From positions 47,244,001 through 47,308,000 of the forward strand of contig OX597831.1 of NCBI GenBank assembly GCA_951406725.2: 64,000 nt of DNA. Direction: 5' to 3'. A program made the translations under genes and the position numbers. Shown piece after piece: positions 25,330 through 37,882 of this stretch. The notes beneath the pieces are model-generated. The model had not been told where the DNA came from. It was given only the letters and a program-made list of their open reading frames with translations, and did no database searches. Source of the DNA: Octopus vulgaris (taxonomy: Eukaryota). Within the stretch, counting starts at the first letter, position 1. Each line of letters opens with the position of its first letter.

Positions 25330-25534
25330 GAATTATCCTAGTATGGATAATTCTGTTAATCAATACCTGGGTAGCAAATTCACTTCAGTAAAACACAGTT
25401 GATGTTACATGCCAAGGGCTGAACCCCGTGTTCGTGTGTGGAAATTTGTGTGTTTTTTTATATGAATAAATGAAAAAGAATGGAGTCGAACGAAGGAATT
25501 TTGATAAAATCTTCGTTCGACTCCATTCTTTTTC

Positions 25535-25581
<47 letters not shown>

Positions 25582-25829
25582 ATATTATATTGAGGGTACT
25601 ACTATTCGTAGATACCAACACGTAGATACCAATATATATATATATATATATAGGAGAGTATTGTGTATTGTTTGTAAAGAATAAAAAGTTTTGAATGGTA
25701 CAACAATGCACTATAATACAAACAATGGGCTATATACCTGTTGTAATTTAGTCATCCATAGTCTGATATGATATTTTGGAATAAAATCCATTCTTCAGAT
25801 ATTCTTAGATGGAGTCACTGCTATATATG

Positions 25830-26166
25830 TATATATATTACTTTGTTTTTAAGAAACTGCAGAAGTTGCAGAATGATTCACGGGCCCAGAGTTTTCTCCA
25901 TCGGCACTTATCAGTCTAGTTTCAAGTGAATGAGTCATAAATTTATATGCCAATGATAATGGTACTTCCCTAGATTGTTCTAGAACAAATTATAAAATAT
26001 AATTGATTTTATAATTCCAGAACAATCCAAGGAAATACCATTATCACCGGTACATAAATTTATGGCCCATTGATGTGAAACTTGTCTGATAAGTGCCAAC
26101 ACATGAAACTCTTGGCCTTTAAGTCACTCTGTGACTGTTTCTGATTATTAATAAAAGCATATATAC
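25830..26166. repeat. Degenerate inverted repeat, about 160-bp arms
   Basis: Paired blocks ggcacttatcag/ctgataagtgcc, cataaatttat/ataaatttatg and tgataatggta/taccattatca. Confidence 0.8.
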
Positions 26167-26264
26167 TCAAGTCTTGTCTTCTATATTTTCCTGTTTGCAT
26201 CACCAAACCTATATATGTATGTATCCATTTTTATATATCTACACACATTATTTTTGATTCTTAG

Positions 26265-26387
26265 ATCTAACCCACTAACTGGTGAAAAGGTGACCTTCAC
26301 AACAGCTCTACTCAGTGACTACTCAGGTACACTCAAAGCAGAAAAATTAGCCATTGATGACCTAACTGCTACTTCTGTTAAGCAAAA
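26265..26387 (+). CDS. FER: Fer/Fes exon, 123 nt, phase 2-2 (SNPLTGEKVTFTTALLSDYSGTLKAEKLAIDDLTATSVKQ)
   Basis: ttcttag| and AA|gtaagt. Resembles FER 'F.TSLL...L.ANE...NNLTAES'. Not in the ORF track. Confidence 0.9.
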
Positions 26388-27169
26388 GTAAGTATTTCAG
26401 AAAGACATTGTTTATGATAAACTTTTGAATTAATAAAATCTTTGTATAAATTAAAGATTTAGGTGTTTCATGTCTGGTATATAGTTTGTGATATTTAGTG
26501 GATAGAAGTCATAGTTAGGATGGAGTGGAAAAATTACCAGAAGCTCATTTTAGCTGCTGGTGAAAAGAGGCTTTTATTATAGTGGAGAGGAATTTTTCTG
26601 AGTTCAGATTCTGCTGAAGTAGACTTTGCCTTTCATCCTTTTGGGGTTGATGAACTAAGTTGATGTGATCAACTAGCCTGCTTCCCTCCACCAAAATTCC
26701 GGGCCTTGTGCCGATAGTAGAAATGTTTATAGTGAAGAGGAATGGCAAAGGAAGGTAACAGAGTAGACTCTAACCAAGTCCATTTTGTTGTTCTTCATTG
26801 TGGACCCCCAAAATCTGTAGGTGTACAGAAATAGGCTAGACAGTAGAGAGAGGACAATATATCCACTCTGCAACTCTGCACCCCATTTAATTGATCGCTG
26901 CCTGTTGGAGTGTGCAATTTAGTTCTCAGCTCGCTTGGGTACATAGAATTACTGAAAAGATGGATTTGTGGATCATACCTCATTATTCAGATGACTGCTT
27001 GCTTGCCATAGGACTACTTTATCAGAGCTGGCTTTGAGTTAAACAACAAAGGGCTTCTCATTCCAAATGAAGGAGAGATTGTACGATACTTGTATAGGTA
27101 GCAAGATATGGTTACTGAATGTGGAGGATATGGAAAATCTGGAAAGAAATAAGGGGAGCATGGAATGAG

Positions 27170-27488
27170 GTGGTTTTAGGTTTAGTCCCCTTGGGCAAGT
27201 GTCTTCTACTATAACCCCAGGCCAACCAATGCTTTGTGAGTGAATTTGGGAGATAGAAACTGTGTGAAAGCCCTTCATCTATGTGTGTGTTTGTGTCTGT
27301 ATTTGTTCCCCACCTTGCCATCACTTGACAAATAGTGTTAGTTTGTTTATGAACCTGTAAACATGGCTGTTCAGTAATAGTGACTAACAGAATAAGTTCC
27401 AAACTTAACAGATAAGTACAGGGGTTGACCTGTTTGACTAAAACCCTTCAAGGCCATGATCCAATGACTGAAACAAATAAAAGATAAA
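27170..27488 (+). mobile_element. SINE family B (diverged)
   Basis: cttgggcaagtgtcttctactata ... aatgactgaaacaa. Confidence 0.8.
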
Positions 27489-28020
27489 CAAAGATTGTAT
27501 CTTGGATGCATTATAGAGATAGATATCAACACCAGTGCTTGAGTGGTACTTGGTACTTTATCATATTGGCCTGGGCAAATCTGAGACAAAGTCAATAAAG
27601 GGAAGGAGTGCACGTAGAATTAAGTGTCTTGTTCAGAGATAAACATCTGCTAAGCAGTTGAGGTAGTGAACCATGTGCTGTCAAAGAAATACCTTATCTA
27701 ACCTGGCCACTTCATCTGCTCAGCATGTTACAGCAGTGACAGGCCAAAATGCCTTGTGGTATTTAGTTATACTTCAATGTTTTCTGAGTTTGAATTTTAC
27801 TTAGGGTGTGTTTGCCTTTCATCCTTTTGGGTTTGATGAAACAGGTACCAGTTACGTGCAAGGTTTGATCTTATCAACTATACCTTTAAGCCTCAAATTT
27901 GAGGTGTTATAAAGCAATATGTTATTTAAAAAATAAATGATCTATTTAGAAATAAATATACTTTGTGATTATTTCACTAAAAAATTCAGTAATGTTTCAA
28001 CTTATTTTGTTTCTTTTCAG

Positions 28021-28161
28021 GCTCGAAGATATTCGGAAAGATGTCACTAAATACGAAGAACAGAAGAACACTGTCTTAAAAGAACAAACTCAACTAGAAG
28101 CAGATGTTGAGACATGTTCAAGACTTTTAAAAGAGAAGGATGAAAACACCACTGTGTTGGA
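28021..28161 (+). CDS. FER: Fer/Fes FX coiled-coil exon, 141 nt, phase 2-2 (LEDIRKDVTKYEEQ...KDENTTVL)
   Basis: ttttcag| and GA|gtatgt. Heptad-like charged sequence. Confidence 0.88.
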
Positions 28162-29296
28162 GTATGTGAATTTGGAAGACGATTCCTTTATTTCTCTTTT
28201 ATTGTTGTCATTTCTTTTTTCACTAAAGTATTCTATTACCTGTCTTGGGTATTTAGTCATTTAGTTTAATCTTTTTTTTTTTTACTTTTAAATATTCTAT
28301 TTATTGAGAAATTTATTACAGCAAGCCATGGATGTTTTGTAGACTTGTTGGACAAAATCATTAATATGTTACACTGAAGAAGTCATGAGAAAGTTGCACT
28401 AAAAGAGCCATTGAATCTGTAACAAGATGAGAGATTTCCGCACTGGATGGGTGCTGCTCGCATCCTTTACATTAAATATTAATTGAAGAAAAAGTCAAGA
28501 TTTTCCGTTGATTTCAACAGTATTAATTTTTATTCTTTGATTTGCAATATAAACATTTCCTGGGCGAATCAGCAACCTAGGAGCTTATCGGTAGTAATGT
28601 GACACAAGGTAGCAGCTCAAGAGAGCTGCTGGAGATATGTCTGTATCATTCAGCTGCTAGCGTCAAAGAGAGAGATACAAGAGAATTTCGCTGTTGCTAG
28701 TTTTCTGTGCATGCTCATGAGGGAACTTCTGGCAGGCCTTCCGGAAGATTCCAACCCTGTGCACGTGTGCTGGAGATTTCCAAGATGGCGTCACTACAAA
28801 TCTCATGGGACTCATTTGTGGAGATGAGAACAATTTTTGTTATAAAAATGTAAAAGGAAGTGATTTGGGAGACCAGGATACCAATAGGGAAGAAAATCAA
28901 AACAAACAAAACACTTGAACTACAACTTTCATAAGCAAAAGTAAAAGGATACTCAAAGTTGAGACTAAAAGAAGACAAAATAGTGCAACTAGAATGCATG
29001 TATTGTTGTAGTTGCTGTTGTTGTTTAACCCTAGGGTAACCTGTTCAAGTAAGACTTACGATCAAAATGTTCCAACTATTATCATTTCAGCTTGTTTTCT
29101 AGCACAGTGTAAGGACTACATTAACCATTGTATCATTTTTGAAGATGTTAGTGTAGATCAAGACAGATTTTGCTGTTATTTCTAGCAGGTCAAATAACCA
29201 TATAGAGAATCCTTTGTTAGCTCATATCATTGTTGGTGAGTGATAAGACTATAAAAGACAAGCAAGAGGTCAGGAGTATTCATAGAAAGATTAATG

Positions 29297-29612
29297 CAGG
29301 ATAATCTTCTTTCAGATAGGGTGAAACATTTACCATCTTTGTTAGGAACGAAGTAAATCTATCTCATTAAAAAAAAAAAATTTAATTTTGAGTGATTTTT
29401 GTTACAATATAAAATATTTTTGAATCTTTGGTCTAAATTTCTCTTTTTAGACAATCTCAGGATTGTCTTCTTTCAGATAGGATGAAACATTTACCATCTT
29501 TGTTAGGAATGAAGTAAATCTATCTCATTAAAAAAAAAAAAGATTTAATTTTGAGTGATTTTTGTTACAATATAAAATATTTTTGAATCTTTGGTCTAAA
29601 TTTCTCTTTTTT
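29297..29612. repeat. Direct tandem duplication, period 161 bp, ending at an exon acceptor
   Basis: Copies start at 29297 and 29458 and are nearly identical. Confidence 0.92.
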
Positions 29613-29621
29613 GTTATTCAG

Positions 29622-29778
29622 ATTACAAAAACTCAAACATAAGGTTTCTGTTAATAAATGGAATTTCATCAAGACAAAATGTAACTACTTACATTATCAA
29701 GCCGTTGCTGATTTTATCGATCAGTCTATACAAGAAATTGATGGTGAACCCCCACCTGCTATACCACACTTAGATTTT
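29622..29778 (+). CDS. FER: Fer/Fes FX exon, 157 nt, phase 2-0 (LQKLKHK...DGEPPPAIPHLDF)
   Basis: attcag| and TTT|gtaagt. Ends with the EPPP motif found after the FX region in FER/FES. Confidence 0.88.
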
Positions 29779-30796
29779 GTAAGTACAGACAATCTTGTTT
29801 TTATTTTATCATTACTTTACTATAGCAATAACTCTATGGCACCGAAGATTAGATACCCTCTAATTTTAGCAGCTCATTTTCAGGAAAAAATGTTTATAGT
29901 GCATTAAAATATGCAATATTTTTTAAGGTGGCAAGCTGTACATTTTGCTCACTGGGCAAAATGTACAGTAGCTTTTCATCAATCTTTATGTTCTAGGTTC
30001 AAAATATGCCATGGTCGACTTAGCCTTGGAAATGTATGGAAATGCTATAAAGTAGTAGTAATAATCAAAAGATTTACATGTTTCTACTTTATTTACCACT
30101 AGCTTAAAAGCTGCACTCCATGTGGGCTTTTAAGCTAGCTCCTGCAGAAATTTTCAACTGTTAGAGTATAACAAAGTATAGCAAATCCTCATCCAGACCT
30201 GATCCCAATGCTGGATGTTCAAGAACCAAATGAAGGGCAGATTTTCAAACCTGGGATCATCCTGATTCCCAAAAGTTGTAATATGTCTATGTAGAGCAAA
30301 TGTAGACTAAGATACAGAGGTCCCGAACAGACAGACAGAATTTTGTGTTTATTATTATAGATTAAAGCTTTGCACTTTACGTTAAATGATTTTTCTAGTA
30401 AGAAAGTGTTTTACAGTGATATGGTGCTAACTTGAAACCAACACCACTTGAATTTATTTAGGACAGTCTGGAAGTAAAAGTCTCCCACAATGAACAGTTA
30501 CTAGCCTTTGATCATGAATATATGACTGCTGAGGAAAATACTTTTGCTCTAATCGACATACCGATTAGATGTTCATAGTCTTAATGTCATGTTAAGCATT
30601 AAATTTTCACAACCAACTGAAGCAGTGTTCCCCTTGCTTATAGGTTGCAACTGATAGTGACCTAAGATACTACTGCCTCTGTCCAGGGCCCCTTATATCT
30701 ATATATTCATACTAATTATGTCCTTGACTCTGTCCAGCTGTGTTAATATCTCATATTAGAAGCATAATTTATAGATCTTTATCTATAATTATTCAT

Positions 30797-31048
30797 TATA
30801 TATACACATGCACACGCATATATGTATATGTATATATTTATGTCCATACGTATGCATATATATGTATTTGTGAAAAATTTGTATGTTTATATATGTATAT
30901 ATGTATGTATATGCACTTATATATGTATATATATGTATGCATGTATATGTATATATACATATATATTTACTCATACATATGTATATATATACATATATAC
31001 ATACATACATATAAAATATATATATATATATATATATACACATAATTT

Positions 31049-31088
<40 letters not shown>

Positions 31089-31144
31089 ATATACATACAT
31101 ACACACACACACACACACATATATATACATACACACGTATATAT

Positions 31145-31220
<76 letters not shown>
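30797..31220. repeat. Long TA/TG/CA microsatellite tract
   Basis: Directly visible; source of the YIYI-type pseudo-ORFs. Confidence 0.95.
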
Positions 31221-31222
<2 letters not shown>

Positions 31223-31616
31223 GTAATATTAATCTTTCTATGGATTTGTTTACATATTAATCACTTATTAATCTTCTTTTTTTTCTCTTTCTTGTTTCAG
31301 CTTTTAAAAAATATCAGCAATTTTATTTCTAAATTAGAGCATACAATTTTGAATTTTGACAGAAAAATATGGATATTCTATTTCTGATATTTTCAAAAAT
31401 TCTTCTAATTTATTTATTTATTTTTTAAGAACTGCCGTACTTTAGCTTATGTAAACCAAAACATTTAAATGATTCTGTAAAATTCCACTGCAGGTGGTTG
31501 AAAACCAAATCAAAATTTGCTCGTTTCAAATTGTGTTACCTGACTCAAAATAACACTCATCTCATTTGTATTCATATTTATATCATTTGTTGCCCATTTT
31601 TTGCATTTATTTCCAG

Positions 31617-31748
31617 GATCCATCATGTTTGCAAGTTGGCTCTGGGGCTACATTGCTTAAAAAATTTAATTCCATGCCTAATACATTAAGAAGGTTTGCT
31701 AGTCGAAGTACTTTGTTCAATATGAGTACAATAGATTACTCAGCAGAG
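31617..31748 (+). CDS. Candidate linker exon L1, 132 nt, phase 0-0 (DPSCLQVGSGATLLKKFNSMPNTLRRFASRSTLFNMSTIDYSAE)
   Basis: atttatttccag| and GAG|gtaggt. Open in the gene frame, with TGCATG 26 nt downstream. Confidence 0.65.
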
Positions 31749-32998
31749 GTAGGTACTGGAAATGGAGGCAACTTGCATGATATCCTCAATTAGAATTACG
31801 TTCTGAGAAGCCTGCCTCTTCTAATATCTTTCATCTGCCAAGCGAATGGTAGGGAATCTCAATTTGAAATATTAACTGCTTACCGTTAATGGATTGTAGG
31901 TCAAAGCCAAAATGTGATTCTAACTGAATTTTTGAATAATTTTTAAATAAACTTTGCTTGAAGTTGATCGTGCAGAGGAAATGAAAAAAAAATAATAATA
32001 ATAATAAATAAAAACTTGACAAAATATACCTTTGAATGTTTTGGTGTTATGTAACCAACAATATTAACTGCAAGTAACTACAAGCTGAGAATTAAACGAA
32101 TGGACTTGTTAAAATCAATTAATATCAATGATTTCGATGTGTTAACAGCTTTACTGGAGTTCTGTAACAAGTTGAACACTATAACTCTCTGTTGTTTCAT
32201 TTCTTATCTGTTTCTTCTGTGTGAAGACAGATCGCTAATAGTAACAACCTTTTTAAAAAGCAGCTGCTCAGACTACATATAGTTGTGCTGTCTTTTACAT
32301 AGCCTCTAGCTGCTTTGCCTGAAATCCTGTTATGAGATGGACTCTCAATGAGGTTAAATTACTACTACTGATGTTATTTTCTGTTATTTGTTATTAGTGC
32401 TGCTAACTAACATCTTCATTCTTTATTTTTCTCTTGGGATTATTATTTTTTTTTTTTTAGTTACTTTTCAAAACTTTTTTGAAATACATACATTAACATG
32501 TGAGTCTTTAAATAATTAAGAAATCAGATTATCAGCAGACAGGTATATTTCAAAAGTGGAAGAATATTTTAGCAAAAAGCCCTTTAGCTACATCTGATAC
32601 GACTCTAACAAAGCATTGTAACCAGGCAGATCTGGCTGTGTCTTGTGGGTAAAAAGTTCACTTCTCAACCAATTTTCAACCCTGTGGATCTGTGTTTGAT
32701 TCCATTGTGCAGCATCTTAGGCAAATACGTTCTGTTGTAGTCTCAGATTGGCCACTGCCTTGTGGGTGAAATTTGGAGAAACTATGGAAGCCCATTTATA
32801 GACACACATGTTAATTGAAATGGAATGCATGACAAAATTACTATATTGGTTGCAGCTCTTGATAGTATCCATGTTAAACTCCTGCTGCTACTTGACCCAG
32901 TAAGGTTCACTGCAACCATTATAAGGGTGTTATATGATATGAATAGGACATCTAATATGAGAGAAACCCATGAGGTATGAAGTTGGTATTTCTTGTAG

Positions 32999-33038
<40 letters not shown>

Positions 33039-33149
33039 CAGCACACCTGCTTCTTCCCTCATTCTTAATCACTCTCTCTCCCTCTCCTCTTGCTTTTCCT
33101 TATGGCTGGTTATTCTAACCTTTCGTCATCCGACACAAGATTACCTCCT

Positions 33150-33590
33150 CCAATGCCCCTGCCGCTATAGCAAAACACCTGTTTCTGCTTCCCTGTACTT
33201 TCTGTCAGACTCTTATCTTTCATCATTTGATACAAGATCCCCTCCTCAAATGCCCCTGCCCCTCTCAAAATTCCTTGTCTTGCAAGTTACTTGGTGACCC
33301 TGCCAGTGCTGGTACCTCATAAAAAGCATCCAGTCCACACTGTTAAGTGCTTGGCATTTGGAAGGGCCTCTAGCTGTAAAAGCCATGCCAAAACTGATCT
33401 TGCCTGTGCTGGTGCCACGTAAAAATCATTCAGTCTTCTCTGCAGAGTGGTTGGTGTTAGGACATCCAGCTGTAAAAGCCATGCCAAAACAGACACAGTG
33501 GCCTGGCATAGTCTTCTATCAGGTTGACTCCTGTCAAACTGTCCAACCCATACCTGCACAGTAGATGGATATTAAATGATGATGATGATG
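33150..33590 (+). mobile_element. RTE 3'-end-derived element (family D) with a duplicated module
   Basis: gtgctggt...taaaaa...gctgtaaaagccatgccaaaac occurs twice; (GAT)n tail. Confidence 0.75.
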
Positions 33591-33832
33591 GGTAATTCTT
33601 CACTGTTTGCTTCACTGAATGGTAATATTATCTGGAGTGTATATTCGCAATAATTATAACAGTAGAGAATGTGGAAACTGGTACATCCTCAAAATATATT
33701 TCCTTTTATTTTACAATGTCATACAGCATTTTGAGGATGTACCAGTCTCCATATTTTCTATCATTATAATTATTGCTGATATACACTCCAGATAGTATAA
33801 CGATTCAGTGAAGCAAATATGGAATTACCCAT
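33588..33832. repeat. Inverted repeat, about 105-bp arms
   Basis: atgggtaattc...catcctcaaaat / attttgaggatg...gaattacccat. Confidence 0.88.
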
Positions 33833-34639
33833 TGGAAGAATTTACAGTGTGACAACTCATAATAGTCATAGATGTTTAATACTAATCAGTGCAGTTAGCC
33901 GTAATCTGGAACATGACAGAGAGCTACCACAGTATCCGCTCAGATAATATATCCCTCTAAACTCACACAAATGTATGCATAGTTTTATATACCTTGTGGT
34001 ATTTGTTCTGCTTGAGTTACACAAAAGCTCCCATGTCACACATGCTGTCATAAATACAGTGAATGTATGTTAGAAAACTGTAACCAATACTGCTATTGTT
34101 CACATATTGTGATAGAAATATAAATAAATAACCTTAGCCATCATTGCTTGGGCTTGTAAACAATCAATCAAAACTATACTAGTGCCATTTGTATGTCCAA
34201 CATTCTGGATAGGAAAACGTGAGATTGAAAACAGTTTATTTATTTATTTATTTATTTATTTATTCGATGAGTCACTACTGTTTAATCTTTATTGTAGCCA
34301 TACAGTGCTAAAATTTAGAATTTCACATTTGTGATTCTCTTTTTTTAACCCTTTTATCGCTATATCCCGGTTGAAATTCTATATATTGAATAAAATATGA
34401 AAATATTTTGAGGAACATAGATTAAATGACTCTATAGAAACTAATGTGCAACCAAAGAATAGATGTAAATTCTTGGTTTCTCTTGCATATACAGAAGCAG
34501 ATGGCATTTTACTGAGTTTTTTTTTTTCCAGAATTTTCTTGTCTTTAATTTTTATTTTCTATCTTTTTTCTCTCTTTCTCTCTCCCTTTTAGCAGCTCAA
34601 TTTTTAAGGAATTACTGGAATGGTGCATCAATTTATTTA

Positions 34640-34800
34640 TCGTATTTTAACATGTATAAGGAACCCTTTTTGTCAAAAATTAGATTTAAAAAATATAGGA
34701 GTTTCTCATACATGGATAGTATTATAATCCCTTACAAAACCTTTTTTCCAAATTTTAAAACCCTATAATTAGGGGGTTCCTTATACATGTTAAAATATGG
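34640..34800. mobile_element. Tc1/mariner-pogo-like MITE with TA TSD
   Basis: ta-tcgtattttaacatgtataaggaaccc ... gggttccttatacatgttaaaatatgg-ta. Confidence 0.8.
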
Positions 34801-35921
34801 TAATTTTTATTCTTTCTGCCACAGAAAATTTCATGCTATGACCGTTTTCTCAAAAGAAAGCATTGTCTGCAAGTGTGCATGGGAATCATTTTTTAGATGA
34901 AGGTTTTGTCTCTTCCGAAATACTGCACGAAGCTGCAGTTGATTCACTACAACAATATTACTGCTGCATTTGATAATATTTATTTTTTTTCAGATATAAT
35001 CTCTATTTTGCATTATTAGGTCATCAAGTGTGTATCTGATGTACATAGCATGTATTGCGTAGTTTTATAATGTTTGTACTAATACATTAACAAGTACGTG
35101 TGTGTGTGTGAGTGTTGTATGGATGCAGCATGGCCACATAGTTCAAATGTTTGCTTCATAATCAAGTGCCTTTATTACCAAAAAAAAAAAAAGGAGAATG
35201 CCCTGAGTTTTCATCTACTTAGAAATGTAGGGATATTAAGAGAGAGAGGTGCAATTCTTAATAGTACTAATTTAGCTAGCTTTGTGTTCCATTGTGTGTT
35301 TGTATATGTGTGTGTACATGTGTGTGCATGCACACACACACACATAAGATCTGTGGGTAAAAAGTCCCTGACTTGAAAACAAGTCAGAGTTCGCAACATA
35401 TCCATCCATAAAATCCAACTTCAAAATCAATTCTCATCCAAATCATACTTGGATGGAAAAATGAATGTTAAAAATATTAAATGAGCAAAAAAAAAAACCC
35501 CAGGTCACACACATAAACAAACACTCAAAGAACATAGAACAACTTCAAAGTGCTCAATACACATTTGTGTTACTGGGTGTAGATTCTATCATATGGATGA
35601 CTAAACCATGGAAACCAAATCAAAATGTCTTGCTAGTTTTTAGTTGTTCCGTAGTATCATTTAAATATTCCTAAATTTTAGTTAAAATGAGTGACTAGTA
35701 GTGCAATGTTTTTTGTTGGGTGCTTTTTTTTAAATTTTGGTTTTTTATATAATTTATTCAGAAAAGGAATAGCAACATCCATGACCTTTTTCCTGGGTTT
35801 TTACTTCCCTGCCCACCTCTGTTGTTATGATAATGGTCTTAGCTCTTCAGAACTAACTCCCTGAACTGGCCCATCGATTTCTCTTCCAATTACCACCCCT
35901 GCTATGTCTTATTCTCTAGAC

Positions 35922-36247
35922 CAGTGGTTCTCAACAGGTGTTCATATGACCATATGGGTCTCAACTGGGGTCCATAAGATTGTTGGTATCCTTACAACAA
36001 AATAGTAAATTGGGGATCACAATAGTATTTTAAGGACCCCTGCAAAAAATTTTGCTTTAGATGTAGGCATTGGTGTGTTGCAAGAAACAACTAGGTTTCT
36101 TTCTCTAACATTTTACATAGTTCAACTTAGATGAGTTAATTCGGGAAAAACAAAAGAAAAATTTTTGACTGGCTATGAGGTTCCACCAGAATAAAATAGT
36201 AATCAAAGGGGTCCTTAGATAAAATAAAAAATGGTTGAGAACCCTTG
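35922..36247. mobile_element. hAT (Charlie-like) MITE
   Basis: cagtggttctcaac ... gttgagaacccttg. 8-bp TSD ctctagac/ctgtagac. Confidence 0.85.
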
Positions 36248-36806
36248 CTGTAGACCCTGCACTGTACATTTTTTGAAACTCCTTTTTTAATGGCTTAGTC
36301 AGTGGAAAAAGAGCAGTGTTGATGATCCTGGTGGGGCCAAAGAAGGACATTATCCTTAGACTGGAGACCTACCCTGTTTACTTGCAACAATCATTCATGG
36401 AGTTAAAGCAGGTGACAGATGAAGTCTATTGTCCTAAAACAAGAATGGTCCTACTGACAGGCCTCCACATACTTTATGGTTGTAAAATTTGCCCTACAAA
36501 ACTGTGGTTGCTTTGATGCTATGCTAGAAGGCATTTGTCCAAATTGTGGCATCATGAGATTGAATTCAAACCCATGCACTTGTGGAGCAAACTTCTTAAC
36601 TCCGCGGCAGTGTTTGCACTTGATAATATCTGCCTGGATTGCAATATACTCTGCCCTCATTTTCCTTGTGGGTGATGATTTACAGAAGTTCAAATTGAAA
36701 CATAATCACATCAGTCTCTAGAAGACTTAATATTATTATTTAAATATTTTTAGTGTAAGAAATCTTCTTCTTCTTCTTCATCATCATCATAATAATAATA
36801 AATTGT

Positions 36807-37020
36807 AAGGTGGTAAGCTGGCAGAATCATTAGCACTCTGGGGAAAATGCTTAGCAGTATTTCATCTGTCCTTATGTTGTGCATTTAAATTCCACTGAGG
36901 TTGACTTTGCCTTTCATCCTTTCGGGGGTCAATAAAATAAGTACCAGTTGAACACTGGGGTCAATGTAAATGACTTACCCCTCCCCCAAAAATTACTGGC
37001 CTTGTGCTAAAATTTCAAAC

Positions 37021-37071
<51 letters not shown>

Positions 37072-37882
37072 CATTATTATTTTAATTATTGAGTGAGAGA
37101 GCAGTGCATGCCATCAAAGTGACACTGGGGTAAAATATACAAAGCCCAGTATACCCATCATGACTACCCATCTGATAAGGGTACATCAGGCACATGCATC
37201 ACAGCCAAATATGTGTAACATGGTAATCTCATATCAAGATAAACAGTGCATGACCTTGCAGGTGGGGCCCAGTTAGAATTTTCTTCTGGTCGAGTAACCC
37301 ATCCTGCTCAAGAGGTCCCTGAATAAGGGTTGTTTAAGGATGTTGAACGAAACACCCATGTTTCCAGAAGTGAATTATTCAAACCTCTAAGAATTCCTTC
37401 CAGCACACGGCTATGATGCTCCCCAACTACTTCTGCTCGTGATCAAAGATGCACATATCACCAGCCACTAAGGGGCATGTTCAACTGGTCATGGTCAAAC
37501 AACTGAGAAACAAATCTGTGGTATTGATCAGAATATTTGCTACAGCCCATCTTTTATACCAAGACAAAACAATGTACATGATAACATTTACAATCAGTTA
37601 AGATCAGCAGCCATGAGAGCCACTGCCTGGTAATGCATCAGGGCATTTATTATTATTATAAAAATTGTAAGGTTGCAAGCTGGCAGTCTCATTAGCAGGC
37701 CAGGTAAAATACTTAGTGGCATACATCCAATTGTACATTCTGAGTTCCAATTTTGCCAGGGTTGATTTTGCCTTTCATCTTTCTGGGGTCAATAAAATAT
37801 GTACCGGTTGAGTTCTGGGTCAATGTAATCAACTTACCACCTCCCCCGAAATTGCTGGCCTTGTGCCAAAATTTGAAGCCAT
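36807..37882 (+). mobile_element. Two SINE family A copies (36807-37022 and 37668-37882) bracketing the ATT-embedded element
   Basis: Two family cores; aaattgtaa at three junctions. Confidence 0.8.
37091..37647 (-). mobile_element. Non-coding interspersed element embedded in (ATT)n; end shared with 10735-10850
   Basis: gagagagcagtgcatgccatcaaagtgacactggggta... matches the 10.7 kb copy. ATT repeats on both sides. Confidence 0.7.

Noticed and set aside
31301-31387. Strong acceptor at 31300 followed by LLKNISNF...YF-stop
   Set aside because: No donor before the stop, intron-like AT content and no homology. It cannot be supported as an exon without RNA data.
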